From an uncultured Pseudomonadota bacterium (GTDB lineage Bacteria > Oederibacteriota > Muellerivitia > Muellerivitales > Muellerivitaceae), in contig CAWJKT010000001.1 of assembly GCA_963843375.1 (NCBI GenBank), positions 1 through 64,000 on the forward strand: 64,000 bases of DNA, given 5' to 3'. Below the pieces are notes generated by a model. It was not told where the DNA came from and did not search any database. It saw nothing but the letters and a program-made list of their open reading frames with translations. Positions 1-11,566 of the stretch are shown piece by piece (position 1 is the stretch's first letter; the number at the start of each line of letters is the position of its first letter). A program made the translations under genes and the position numbers.

Positions 1-67
1 CGTAGACGGTGCTTGGACCGCGAACCTCGAGCGCGTTTTCGGGCGTGCCGACGGCGGGCGTCGTCAT
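1..67 (-). CDS. 5' start of a peptide ABC transporter ATP-binding subunit (DppD/OppD-like), runs off the window
   Basis: ATG at 67 overlaps the permease stop (ATGA). Reads MTTPAVGTPENALEVRG, matching the typical 'LEVxxL' start of DppD; position follows two permeases. Confidence 0.55.
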   Translation of the reverse strand, partial: MTTPAVGTPENALEVRGPSTVY

Positions 68-986
68 GCATACCGGATCCGCGGATCGAGCATTGCGTTC
101 GCGATGTCGGCGACCAGGTTGAAGATGACGACCGCGGTCGTCGCGACGATCACGGTGCCGAGAACGACGGGGATGTCATTGGCGCTGATCGCGTTCCAGG
201 CCTGCTGTCCGATTCCCGGGCCAGCCGAACACCTGCTCGACCACCAGGACGCCGCCGAGGAAGATCCCGAAGTCGAGGCCGATCATCGTGATCGCCGGAC
301 CGATCGAGTTGCGGAGCACGTGGCGCGCCCATCACGCTCCACTCGGAGAGTCCTTTCGCCCGGCTGTTGCGCACGAAATCCTCGCCGAGCACGTTCAGCA
401 CCGACGAGCGAACCATCCTCGCGTACCAGGCGGCACCGGGCAGGCCCAGCGCCAGGGCCGGCAGCACGAGCGCCGGCAGCGAGGCCGTTGCGCCGAGCGG
501 AAAGATCGGGATCTTGTAGGCAAACAGGTACAGGAGGACAAAGCCGAGGACGAACTGCGGCACGACGACGCCGAGCAGCGAGCCGGTGAGGACGCACGAT
601 CCGCGGGCCCGTGCCACCTCATGGCGGCCAGGAACCCGAGCGGAAGCCCGATCGACGACCTCGATCAGCAGCCCCGCGGCGGCTAGCTCGAGCGTCGCCG
701 GGAGGCGTCCGAGCACGAGCGTGCGGACCGATTCGCCGGTCGAGAAGGAGTGCCGAGGTTGCCGTGCAGCAGCCGTCCGAGGTAGCGGACGTATTGCACG
801 AAGATCGGTTGGTCGAGTCCGAGCGTGCGGCGTGCCAGCTCGTACTGCTGCGTGCGTCGCTCGGATCCCCGCGTAGAGACGCGCCGGGTCGACCGGTGAG
901 AGAAACGTAACGCCGAACGTGATGATCGTCATCGCGAACACGACAACGATCGCCCAGCCGAGCCGGCCGGCGATGTAGCGGATCAT
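64..986 (-). CDS. Peptide/nickel ABC transporter permease, DppB-like (several frameshifts)
   Basis: MIRYIAGRLGWAIVVV...GRLPATLELA...ARMVRSSVLNVLGEDFVRNSRAKGL (EAA loop)...DPRIRYA*, spread across frames. Confidence 0.85.
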
Positions 987-1975
987 CCGATCCCCCCGAG
1001 CGTGAACCTGCACCGAGCGCTCGAGCGTCGGGTCGAGCGCGTCGCGCAGCCCGTCGCCGACCAGCGAGAAGCCGAGCATCGCGAACATGATCGCGAGGCC
1101 CGGCAACAGGACCAGCCAGACGTCGGTGGTCATGTAGCTCTGGCCGTCGGCGATCATGTTGCCCCACGACGGCGTGGGCGGATGGATCCCGAGGCCGACG
1201 TAGCTGAGCGCCGCCTCGAGCTGGATCGCGGTCGCGACGCCGAGCGTGCAGAACACGATCACGCTCGGCATCACGTGGGGCATGATGTGGCGGACGAGGA
1301 TCCGCCCGCGGCTGACGCCGGCGGTCCGCGCGGCGAGCACGAAGTCGCGCTCGCGCAGCGTCACCGACCTGCGAGTAGACGACGCGCGCCAGATAGGCGC
1401 CGAAGCCGATCCCGACGATGATGCTGATCGTGATCACGCTCGGCGCGCGTGACCGCCAGCACCGCGGTCGCCAGCAGCAGGATCGGGAAGCTGAGGATCA
1501 CGTCGGCGAGCCGCATCAGCAGCTTGTCGACCAGCCGCCGAATAGGCCCGCGACGCCGCCGATCGCGAGACCGAGCAGGCCCCCGAGAGGGCCGAACCAG
1601 CCCGACGGCGAGCGAGACGCGGGCGCCGTACATCAGCCGGGACAGCTCGTCGCGTCCGAGCGGGTCGGTGCCGAGCAGGAACTGGCCCCCGGGCGGCTGC
1701 GGGTTGCCCGCCGCCGTCAGCCCGTTCGCAAGCTGCTGGTCGGCGCCGTAGGGCGCGATCAGCGGCGCAAGCACGGCCGCCAGCACGAGGATCGCGACGA
1801 ACACCAGCCCGATCATCGCCAGCCGGTCGTGGCGGAACTCATACCAGGCGGTCCGCCAGTAGCCGCGCTCGCTCCCCTGCCCGGGACCCTCGCCCTCGGT
1901 GACGGGGTCGGGCACGACCGCACTCTCGCCGACCAGCACGGCGCTCAGGCTGCGCGCCTCCTCGGCTCCCTTCAT
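983..1975 (-). CDS. Peptide ABC transporter permease, DppC-like (frameshifted)
   Basis: LLGTDPLGRDELSRLMYGARVSL, ERDFVLAARTAG, PPTPSWGNMI and GDGLRDALDP motifs. Confidence 0.9.
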
Positions 1976-2221
1976 CGGTGACAGCGACCGCTTCAGAGTC
2001 GACGAGAACCGCGCGCGCGAACCTTTTGACGTGTGGGAGATCGAGCCTCCTATCGAGGTATGCGGAGCTTCGCCCGTACGGGCGGCGAACTGGCTGAGGC
2101 TCCTCCACCGGGCGGCAGTTTTATCGTAATGTCACTACATTTGCAACGCGAAACGATTACATTTGCGTTGACGGTCTAGCCCCAGCCACGGAGGGTCCAT
2201 TCCGGTCACCGGGAGGTAGAA

Positions 2222-2595
2222 GTGAACGCACCGTACGAGGTCAAGCAGGCCGGCCAGATCAAGCACTCGACGGACTCGGCCGAGGAGTTCGAGCCGTTCC
2301 CGCTCGACGACGTGATCGAGGGCGACCCGCAGGGCAAGGTCCACTGGCTGCGAACCGAGGGCAGCACCGACGCGACCCTGATGTCGGGATGTTCACCGGC
2401 CAGCCGTCTCGCTTCAACTACGTGTTCGAGACCGACGAGACCTTCCACGTCGTCTCGGGCCGCGTCACGATCACGCTCGACTCGGGCGAGTCGGTCGCGC
2501 TCACCCCGGGCGACATCGTCTCCTTCCCGCGCGGCGCGCACGCGGTCTGGGACATCCAGGAGCCGCTGCGCAAGTTCTTCGTGCTCAGCGGCTGA
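2222..2595 (+). CDS. Cupin protein, DUF861/EutQ-like (one frameshift near 2385)
   Basis: GGAGG RBS before GTG. VIEGDPQGKVHWL...FNYVFETDETFHVVSGRVTI...LTPGDIVSFPRG...WDIQEPLRKFFV. Confidence 0.8.
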
Positions 2596-2658
2596 CGGAG
2601 CCGCTGTTCCGGCCCTGACCGGTCGCCGTGTCGCGCGCCGGTGCGAACATGCGCGGCC

Positions 2659-3325
2659 GTGAATCCGTGGGACACGGCGATCGTCAGGCGGATCCTCGGT
2701 GAGCCGCGCGTCGCCCGCTGGCGACACCGGATCGGCGAGGCACGCTGGGCCGCGCAGCTGGTCGGCCTGCCGCCTCGCGTGGTGCGCTTTCAGCTGAACG
2801 CGCGGCGGCTCGCGTGGCGACCGAGGATTACCTCAGCCTGATGTCGACGACCCGCCCCGCGGATCTGCGGACGCTGTTGCGCGTCGCCCGCGGCCGGCGC
2901 CGGGTCGTCGAGCTGGGACCGCCGCGGGCTGGACGGCGATCTCGCTCGCGGTCGCGGCGCGCGACCGGCGCGTGATCACCTACAACGTCGTCGAGCGGGC
3001 CGAGCCGTTGCGCTACCTGGGGCTCGTCGACCAGTCGGTCCGCGCCCGGGTCGAGCTCGTCGTCGCGCCCGGCTCCGACGGACCGGCCGGCGACGCGCGG
3101 GTCGACATGCTCTACATCGACAGCTCACACGAGCGCGAGCAGACGGTCGCCGAGGTGCTGGCGTGGCGGCGGGTGCTCGCCCCCAGCGCCCTGGTCGTAT
3201 TCGACGACTACCGCCATCCCGATTACCCGGGCGTCGCCGCCGCGATCGTCGAGCTCGGTCTGAGCGGCGAACAGCGCGGGACGCTGTTCGTCACCGGGTC
3301 GGCTGATCAGGGGCCGATCTCGTAG
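2659..3325 (+). CDS. Class I SAM-dependent methyltransferase (Methyltransf_24-like), frameshifted
   Basis: RRVVELGT motif upstream, then DMLYIDSSHE...LAP...VVFDDY..P.YPGV. Both ends are approximate. Confidence 0.7.
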
Positions 3326-4180
3326 CCCGAGAGCTCCTCGATCACCCGCAGCAGCGCGGAGTGGTCCTCGTCGCCGTGGCCGTGCTGATGCAGGCTGGCG
3401 AGCATCTGGTCGATGGCGGCGGTTGCGGGCAGCACGACGCCGTTCGCCCTCGCCGTGGCCAGCGCGATCCTGAGGTCCTTGTGGTGAAGGTCGACCTTGA
3501 AGCCGGGGGTGAAGTCGTGCTCGAGGAAGTTGGCGCCGGACCTCCATGACCCGGTTGCCGGCCAGGCCGCCGGAGAGCACGCGAGGATGCGGCGGGGTCG
3601 ACACCGGCCTCGAGCCGAGCACGAGCGCCTCGCTGACCGCTTCGATCGTCACGGCGACGACGATCTGGTTGCACGCCTTGACTACCTGGCCGGCGCCGCT
3701 GTCGCCCACCTGCGATCGTCTTGCCAAGGACCTCGAAGATCGGCCTCGCCCGCTCGAACGCCGCCTCGGTCGCCGCCGACCATGATCGACAGCGTTCCCT
3801 CCCGGGCGCCGACGTCGCCGCCGCTAACCGGCGCGTCGAGCACGTCGACTCCTGGGCGCGGGCGCGCGCGGCGAGCTCGCTGGGCGACCACGGGCGAGAT
3901 CGTGCTCATGTCGATCACGAGTTGGCCCGGCACGCCCCCGCGAGCACGTCTTCCATCACCTCGCTGACCTGGGGTGAGTCGGGCAGCATCGTGATCACGA
4001 CCTCGCTGCGCTCGGCCACCTCGGCCGCCGATCTCGCCGCGTGCGCGCCTCGCGGCGTGAGCTGGTCGACGCGGCGCGCGGCTGCGGTTGTGGGCCACGA
4101 GCGGATAGCCGGCCCGAGCAGGTTGCCCGCCATCGGTCGACCCATGATCCCCAGGCCGATGAATCCGATCGTCTGTGTTG
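3307..4180 (-). CDS. glxR: 2-hydroxy-3-oxopropionate (tartronate semialdehyde) reductase, frameshifted
   Basis: IGFIGLGIMGRPMA, VVITMLPDSPQV, LDAPVSGGDVGA..GTLSIMVGG, GAGQVVKACNQ; adjacent to hyi. Confidence 0.8.
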
Positions 4181-4190
4181 TGGTCTTCCT

Positions 4191-4960
4191 CTAGCGCCGG
4201 CTCCGGGCATCCAGCCAAAGCTCTCCTCGGTCGCGCGGTCGTCGGCACGTACTCGAGGCCGACTGACCCCCATAGCCGATCTCCTCGAGCACGCCGAACA
4301 GGAACGGAAGTTGATCTCGCCCGTCCCCGGCTCGCCGCGGCCGGGGGAGTCGGCGATCTGCACGTGCGCGATCCGGTCGCGGTAGCGGCGGATCGTGTCG
4401 GCGAGGTTGCCCTCCATGCGCTGCATGTGGAAGACGTCGTACTGGAGCCGACGTTCGGCTCGCCGACGCGGTCGATCAAGCGCGACGGCGTCGTCAGTAT
4501 GGCTGACCAGGTAGGGGCCGTTGTCGAGCGTGTTGACGGCCTCGACGAGGACCTCACGCCCCGCTCCCGCCGGCGGGTCGCGGCCTCGCGAGGTTCTCGG
4601 CGGCGAGCACGAGCTGCTCATGCGGTTAGGGCCGGGCAGCCGACGCCGACCAGCGCGTTGAGCTGCCGGCACCCAGCCGCTCGGCGAGCTCGAGCGCGAC
4701 CGGCAGGTTGGCGCGGAACTTGCGTTGGCGGTCGGGGTCGCTGAGTAGGCCGCGATCGCCGCTGGGCATGTCACCGGCGTCGAAGTTGAACAGCGCGACC
4801 TCACGCCACTGTCCGCGATCGCCGCCTGCGACCGCTCGAGGTCCTCGCCGCTGGGCCACCAGAACTCCACGGCGTCAAACCCGGCTCGCCCGGCGCGCTC
4901 AAAACGCTCGAAGAACGGAACCTCGCGAAACAGGAGGGAGACGTTGACGCAGAACCGCAC
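4191..4960 (-). CDS. hyi: Hydroxypyruvate isomerase, frameshifted
   Basis: [66 protein letters not shown]. Confidence 0.85.
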
Positions 4961-4971
4961 GTCCCGAGCGC

Positions 4972-5440
4972 TTACGTCGAAGCGGAGTTCGATGCCGTCT
5001 CGAGCACCGCCTGCACGATGCCGTCGTATCCGGTGCAGCGGCACAGATTGCCGGCAGCGAGATCCGTACCTCGTCCTCGCTCGGGGTCGGGGCTGCGTCA
5101 GCAGCGCGGTCGCGGAGATCAACATGCCCGGCGTGCAGAACCCGCACTGCACGCCGCCGTGCTCCAGGAACGCGCGCTGCAGGTGGCCAGCTCCTCGGGC
5201 GGTGCGAGCCCCTCGACGGTCGTGATCTCGCGCCCTCGGCCTGCAGCGCGAGGTACGAGCAGGAGTTCACGGGCTGGCCGTCGAGCAGCATCATGCAGGC
5301 GCCGCATTCGGAGTCGTCGCAGCCCTCCTTGGCGCCGGTCAGTCCGACCGGTCGCGCACGGTGTTGAGCAGGCTCGCGTGCGGCTCGATCTCGACCGGGT
5401 AGTCGACTCCGTTTACGCTGAGCGTCGCGGCGACCTTCAT
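4972..5440 (-). CDS. Molybdenum hydroxylase small (2Fe-2S) subunit, frameshifted
   Basis: [43 protein letters not shown]. Confidence 0.9.
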
Positions 5441-5441
5441 T

Positions 5442-6337
5442 TCAAGCCTCCATGCGTTGTCGTGCTTGCCGGAACCGGCACCGCCCCGCCGGTGGCACGG
5501 CGGCGGCGACCTCGATCGCGCGCCGTCCGATCACGGCCGCCATCGCGCTGCGGTAGTCAGCCGACGCGCGAACATCGGAGATCGGCTGGACGCGTCGGCG
5601 ATCCGCCTCGGCGGCTTTCTGCGTGGCGTCCTGCCCGGCGTCTGAGCCGACCAGCGCCTGCTCGGCGGCCGGACCCGTTGGATCGTCGGCGCCAGTGCGG
5701 TGATCGCGACCCGCGCGTCGGTGATGCTGCCGTCCGCGATCCTCAACACGTGCGGTCGCGCCGACGACCGCGATCTCCATCTGGCGGCGGTACTCGAGCC
5801 GGACGTAGGCGCTCCCGGTTCCCTCGGCCTGGAACGGGACATGAACGGACTCGAGCAGCTCGCCGGGGCGGGCGGTCGTCTGCCCGGCCCCTCGAGCAGC
5901 TCATCGACGCTGAGCTCCCGCGTGCCGTTGGTCCAGCGCAGCGTGACCGTCGACCCGAAGCACAGCAGCGGCCCGCCGGTCTCCATCGCCGGCGACGCGT
6001 TCATCACGTTGCCCCCGATCGTTCCAAATGCGCGTGTCGCGTGCGAACCGACGATCGCGCGACGCGTCGGCGAGGGCGGTCAACCGGGTGCGGAACGGTC
6101 GTCGTTGACCGCGAGCTCGGCATGGCTGACGAGCGCGCCGAGTTTCAGCGCCGTCGGCCTCTCCTCGGTCCGTTTGAGCTCGTCGAGCCGGTGGATCGCG
6201 ACCAGCGACTCGGGCAGCGGTGCTTTGCCCTGCCGGGCGCCGACGACGATGTCGGTGCCGCCGGCGACGACCCGCGCCCCCTGGTGAGCTCGTCGAGGCC
6301 TCGTCGACGGTCGATGCGACCAGCAGCGAGCGTTCAC
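5442..6337 (-). CDS. Molybdenum hydroxylase FAD-binding medium subunit, frameshifted
   Basis: VVAGGTDIVV, TIGGNVMNASPA, PISDVRASADYR motifs. Confidence 0.85.
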
Positions 6338-8597
6338 CGCCTCGCCTCCCAGATCCGCTCGGGGGTCATCGGCAGTCGATGGATGCGGGTGCCGATCGCC
6401 TTCGCGATCCCGTTGGCGATCGCTCCGGGAGTCGGCACGCAGGCGGCTCGCCGATCCCCTTGGATCCGTTCGGTCCGCCGTCCACCGCGGGGACCTCGAC
6501 CCACGCGATCTCGATCGGCGGCGCGTCGGCCGCCGTGACCAGCTTGTAGTCGAGCAGGTGCGGGTTGAGCTGGCGGCCGTCGTCGTCGAGCTGCATCCCC
6601 TCCGACAGCGCCATCCCGATGCCCATCACGACTCCGCCGCGCACCTGACCGTCGGCGCCGATCGGGTTCAGGATCATGCCCGAGTCGTGCGCCGCCGCGA
6701 CCCGCAGCACGCGCACGACGCCGGTCTCGGGATCGACCTTGACGTGCACCGCGTGCGTGATCAGCTGCGGCTCAAGAAACGACTCCATTCCGACCCGACC
6801 GAGGCAGCCGCTGTCGGCATTGCACTCCGGCTGGTCGGGAACGGGGCCGGAGCCCTTGCCGAGGATCGCCTCGCCCGAGCCGGCCAGCTCTGTGATCGAG
6901 ACGGCCTTCTGCGGCGAGCCCTTGACGCGGACCGTGCCCTCGGCCAGCTCGAGGTCCTGCGGGTCGATCTCGAGCTGCTCGGCCGCGAGTTCGGTCAGCT
7001 TGTCGCGCACCTCGATCGCGGCCTCCTTGACCGCCCGGCCGTTGTTGAACGTCGTCTGCGAGCCCGACGAGCCCATGTCCCACGGGCCCGGCGTCCGTGT
7101 CCTGGTAGAGGATCGAGAAGTCCTCGGGCTGCATCCCGAGCACGCCGGCGGCGATCAGCGGCAGCCCCATCACCGCGCCGCTGCCGTTCTCCTGCGCGCC
7201 GGTGACGATCGTCCCGGTTCCGTCGGCGTTGAGCTTCAGGTACGCGCCCGAGGGCACGCCGAACGACGGCCACCAGCCGCACGCGACCCCGATCGCCTCG
7301 TTCTCGGGCAGCTCCTGCCCGTAGCCGATCAGCTCGGCCGCGCGCTCCAGCGTCTCCCTGACGGCGACGGTCCGAACACCTGGCGCATCGCGCTCTCGTC
7401 GCCCTCCTTGATTAGCGTGCGCCGGCGCAGCTCGACCGGGTCCATCTCGAGCGCCTCAGCGACCTCGTCGATGTGCTGCTCGACCGCCCAGCAGGCCTGC
7501 GGCGCGGTGGGGGCCCGGATCGATCCCGACGGCTGGTTGTTGGTATAGACGAGCTTTGAGTCGATGTCGATGTTCTCGAGCACGTACGGCCCGCAGGCGT
7601 GCATCGCCGCCATCTGGGCGAAGAACCCGCCCTCGCCGCAGTACGCGCCGCCGTCGAGGATCAGCCGTCCCCGGCGCGCGAGCATCGTCCCGTCCTCTCC
7701 GGCGCCGGTCTCGAGCTCGATCACCATGCTCTCGCGCCGGTGGTCGGGGGCGATGAACTCCTCCTCGCGCGAGAAGACGAGCTTCACCGGCCTGCCGGTC
7801 GCCGCGTGCCAGCGCGGCCACGTGGGCCTCGTAGTGGAAGTCGCACTTGGACCCGAAGCCACCGCCGAGCAGCGGCACGATGATCCGGACGCTTGACTCG
7901 GGCACACCGAGCGTCAGCGCGACGCCGCTCCGCGCCGCGAACGGCGTCTGCGTCGAGGACCAGACGGTGACCCGGTCGCCCTGCCAGTGCGCGACGATCG
8001 CGCGCGGCTCGATCGGCACCCCGTGCGAGCCGTCGGCGAGGTAGCGGCTCTTGACGACCACGTCGGCCTGGCCATCGCCTCGTCGACGTCGCCCTTGACG
8101 ATCGTCGAGTGGCCGAGGAGGTTGCCGTTGCGGTTCAGCGACTCATCGCCTCGTACGAGCTCCAGCTCCGAGTGGACCAGCGGGGCGTCGGGCCTGCCGG
8201 CGCCGATCTGGGTCGGTGATCGGCTCCAGCGGCTCGTAGTCGACCTCGATCAGCCCGAGCGGCTGCTCGGCCAGCTCCGGCGTCATCGCCGCCACCGCGG
8301 CGACGACATCGGCCTCGAACCGCACCTCGTCCTTGGCGAACAGCCGCCGGTCCTTGGCCATCTGCCCATACAGCACGTCGGGCACGTCCTCGTGCGTCAG
8401 CACCGCGAGCACGCCGGGGAGAGCCTTCGCCTTCGACGTGTCGATCCCGTTGATCCTCGCCCGGCATGCTCGGAATACAGAAACCGCGCATGCAGCTGCC
8501 CCGCCAGCGAGACATCCGCCGTGTACCGGCCGGCACCGGTGACCTTCTCCTTACCGTCGGGCCGGATGAAGGTCTTCTCTTCGACGGTCGTCGCCAT
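6334..8597 (-). CDS. Xanthine dehydrogenase-family molybdopterin-binding large subunit, frameshifted
   Basis: EKVTGAGRYTAD, PIEPRA, LGGGFGSK, GSSGSQ, GQVRGGVVMGIGMALSE, SKGIGEPP. Confidence 0.9.
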
Positions 8598-8732
8598 CGG
8601 CTCTTCCTCTCTGGTCTATGCCGCGTTCGTAATCCGGCCATGCCGCGCGACACGCGGGCGCGCAACACTAGTCAGTCTCGCAGTTGCGCACCCACACGAC
8701 CAGCGCGCGAGCAGGCGGGGCGGGCGGGCCGG

Positions 8733-9670
8733 CTAACGCTCCGGGATCTCGCGCACCATGATCAGGCTCGTCGCCCCGGGCACCCCGGTCTGTTGGCCTG
8801 ACGTGAGCACGACGCGCGCACCGCTCGGTATCCCGGCAAAATCACGCGCCGAGACCAGCGACGCCTCGACGAGCGCGTCGACGGACTGGGCCAGGCGCCA
8901 TCGTCCGCGGGTACACGCCCCATTCGAGCGTCAGCTGATTGGCGCACGGGGTCGCCCGTGAGGGCGATGATCGGCTGCCGGTGACGGTATTGGCGCACGC
9001 CCGGGGCGAGCTCCGCCGGTTCGGTCGGGACCACGAGCGCGGCGGCGTCGAGCTCATCCGCCAGTTCGACGGCGGCGTGCATCACCGTGGCCGCGGGCGT
9101 GTGCGGATGGATCCGCGGGCTCGGCCATGGATCCGGCGATTCCTCGGCCGCCTCGGCGACTCGTGACATCGCGCGGACCGCCTCAACGGGGTATCGGCCG
9201 ATGCCCGTCTCGGCCGAGAGCATCACCGCGGAGCGCCGTCGATCACCGCGTTCGCGACGTCGGTCGCCTCGGCCCGCGTGGGCTCCGGCGCGTGGATCAT
9301 CGATTCCAGCATCTGGGTCGCGGTGATCACCAGCTTGCCGACCTGGGTCGCTCGGTAGATCGTGTCCTTCTGCATCAGCGGGACGCGAGCCACGCCGGCC
9401 TCGACGCCGTAGTCGCCGCGCGCCACCATGACGCCGTCGGCGACCTCCAGGATCTCATCGAGGTGCTCGTAGGCCTCGATCTTCTCGATCTTGGCGATCG
9501 TCCTCGCCCGCGCAGCCTCGATCCAGCAAGCGGTCCCGCAACTGCTCGATGTCGGCCGCCGAGCGGACAAACGACAGCGCGACGAAGTCGGCGCCGACCT
9601 CCGCGGCCACCGCCAGATCCCCAGGTCCTTGTCGGTGATCGCCGGCAGCTCCGGCCGCGCATGCGTGACG
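8733..9670 (-). CDS. pyk: Pyruvate kinase, 3' part only (5' end lost at the junction), frameshifted
   Basis: [36 protein letters not shown]...[29 protein letters not shown]. Confidence 0.9.
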
Positions 9671-9671
9671 A

Positions 9672-10280
9672 GTCGTCAAGGATCCCGAATGGGGGGATTT
9701 CCGCAGCGTGGTGACGGGCGACGGCTGTCCCAAATGCGGTAAACCCCTCAAGGCGGGGCGTGGAATCGAAGTGGGGCAGACCTTCAAGCTGGGGCTTAAA
9801 TATTCCAAGGCTATGCACTGCGTATACCTGGACGAAAAGGGGCAGGAAATACCGGCGGTCATGGGCTGTTACGGCATCGGCGTCACTCGAACAGTGGGGG
9901 CGGCGATCGAACAGCATAACGACGCCGATGGAATCCTTTGGCCCATTGCCATCGCCCCCTACCAGATTCATTTACTGCTTTTGAACCCCGTCGACCCGGA
10001 GGTAACCAAGGTCGCTGACCAATGTTACGAGGATTTAAATAAAGCCGGTTACGAAGTTCTTTATGATGACCGGATGGACGCCACCGCCGGTTTCAAGTTC
10101 AAGGACGCAGACCTTCTGGGTTTTCCCTTGTCGGTGCGAGTCGGGGCCAGGGGCTTGAAAGAGGGAAGCGTCGAAATCAAGCAACGCCGTTCGAAAGATG
10201 TGGTGAAGGTTCCGGTGGCGCAGGTCATGGACAAGGTGAAGGAACTGGCCGCCGAGGAATGGAAAATCTGCACGCCCTAA
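9672..10280 (+). CDS. proS: Prolyl-tRNA synthetase, C-terminal part only (5' end lost at the junction)
   Basis: GDGCPKCG...[16 protein letters not shown]...[10 protein letters not shown]...[11 protein letters not shown]...LYDDR...[11 protein letters not shown]. Confidence 0.93.
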   Translation, partial: VVKDPEWGDFRSVVTGDGCPKCGKPLKAGRGIEVGQTFKLGLKYSKAMHCVYLDEKGQEIPAVMGCYGIGVTRTVGAAIEQHNDADGILWPIAIAPYQIHLLLLNPVDPEVTKVADQCYEDLNKAGYEVLYDDRMDATAGFKFKDADLLGFPLSVRVGARGLKEGSVEIKQRRSKDVVKVPVAQVMDKVKELAAEEWKICTP

Positions 10281-10410
10281 GGCGTTGAACCTTAATAACA
10301 CCGGGGTCACCCAGAGCGGGTTAACGTAGGGTTTTCAAAAAAAGTTAAATTTTTAATTTTCTTAGTGTTCTTGGTGTCCATATTGTTAACATGTTTTTGA
10401 AAGGTATTAA

Positions 10411-11565
10411 GTGAAAATCGCTCTCGTTACCGACACTTATTTTCCCCGCATCAACGGAGTGTCTACCTCCACCCAGATATTCGCCGAGGAATTCGTCAAG
10501 CTCGGCCACGAAGTCCATATTTACGCCCCGGATTATCCTAATAGCATCGACGAAAACAACCACTTGAAAATCTACCGGTTTCCCTCCCTCTATCTCTTTT
10601 TCGATCCCGAAGACCGATTGGGAATGCCCTGGACCGATAAAAAACTGATCCGGCAATTTGTTGAAAATAAGTATGATATCGTCCACACTCAGACGCCCTT
10701 CACCCTTGGAGGCCCGGCGGTTAAGTGGGCCCGTAAGAGCGGCGCCAAAGTGGTCCATACTTACCACACGCTTTTCGCCGCTTATACCGAGCACTATATT
10801 TGGTTCTTACCGAAATCTTTTGGGGTTTGGTATGCCAAAAACGCCAGCCGCCGTTACTGCAACTCCTGCGACCTGCTCATTACCCCTTCCACCGAAATGA
10901 AAAACGTCCTTCTTAGTTATAACGTAACCAAGCCGGTGGAAGTCATTCCAACCGGAATTAGACTGGAACGCTTCAATGGGAAGGACCGGGAACGCTTTCG
11001 CAAGATGAAAGGTTACAAACCCGAGGATCAGGTGGTTCTTTTCATGGGCCGGGTCGCGGAAGAGAAAAACATCGATTTCCTCATGCGAGTGGTCCACCGA
11101 CTGAAACCTCATATACCCAATCTTCAATTCCTCATCGCCGGAGAAGGGGCGGCCAAGAAACATCTCGAAAAAATGACGGTGGACTTGGACATGAAAGATT
11201 ATGTTCATTTCGCCGGCTATTTAAGCAAGGAAGACTGGCGGGATTGCTATACGGGTTCGGACCTCTTCGTTTTCGCTTCCATCACCGAAACCCAGGGATT
11301 AGTGGTGACCGAGGCTATGGCCGCTGAAACCCCCGTGGTAGCCGTTGGGGAAATGGGCATTAAAGATGTCATGGCTTCCGGTAAAGGGGGATTGGTGACG
11401 AAACTGGATGAGAACGAATTCGCCGAAGCGGTTCGCAGGATGTTGACGGACAAGGCCTTTTACGCCCAAAAGAAATCCGAAACCCTCACGGAAGCCGAGA
11501 AATGGTCTTCCACTTCCATGGCCAAACGAATGGTCGAAGCTTACGAGAAAATCCTCAAGAATTAA
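10411..11565 (+). CDS. Glycosyltransferase family 4 (similar to diacylglycerol glucosyltransferases)
   Basis: TDTYFPRINGVSTS, HTQTPF, HTYHT, GRVAEEKNID, ETQGLVVTEAMA. Confidence 0.88.
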   Translation: MKIALVTDTYFPRINGVSTSTQIFAEEFVKLGHEVHIYAPDYPNSIDENNHLKIYRFPSLYLFFDPEDRLGMPWTDKKLIRQFVENKYDIVHTQTPFTLGGPAVKWARKSGAKVVHTYHTLFAAYTEHYIWFLPKSFGVWYAKNASRRYCNSCDLLITPSTEMKNVLLSYNVTKPVEVIPTGIRLERFNGKDRERFRKMKGYKPEDQVVLFMGRVAEEKNIDFLMRVVHRLKPHIPNLQFLIAGEGAAKKHLEKMTVDLDMKDYVHFAGYLSKEDWRDCYTGSDLFVFASITETQGLVVTEAMAAETPVVAVGEMGIKDVMASGKGGLVTKLDENEFAEAVRRMLTDKAFYAQKKSETLTEAEKWSSTSMAKRMVEAYEKILKN

Positions 11566-11566
11566 G

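Noticed and set aside
6334..8597. Aerobic CO dehydrogenase (coxL)
   Set aside because: The active-site loop is SIRAPTAP, not AYxCSFR (form I) or AYxGAGR (form II).
13..9500. Many long alternative-frame and antisense ORFs in the ORF track
   Set aside because: Expected in high-GC DNA; they are Arg/Ala/Pro-rich shadows of recognisable genes.
1..9670. Segment A as a horizontally acquired island or a pseudogene cluster
   Set aside because: No mobility genes, the junction cuts essential proS, and the much higher indel rate points to low-quality sequence from another organism.
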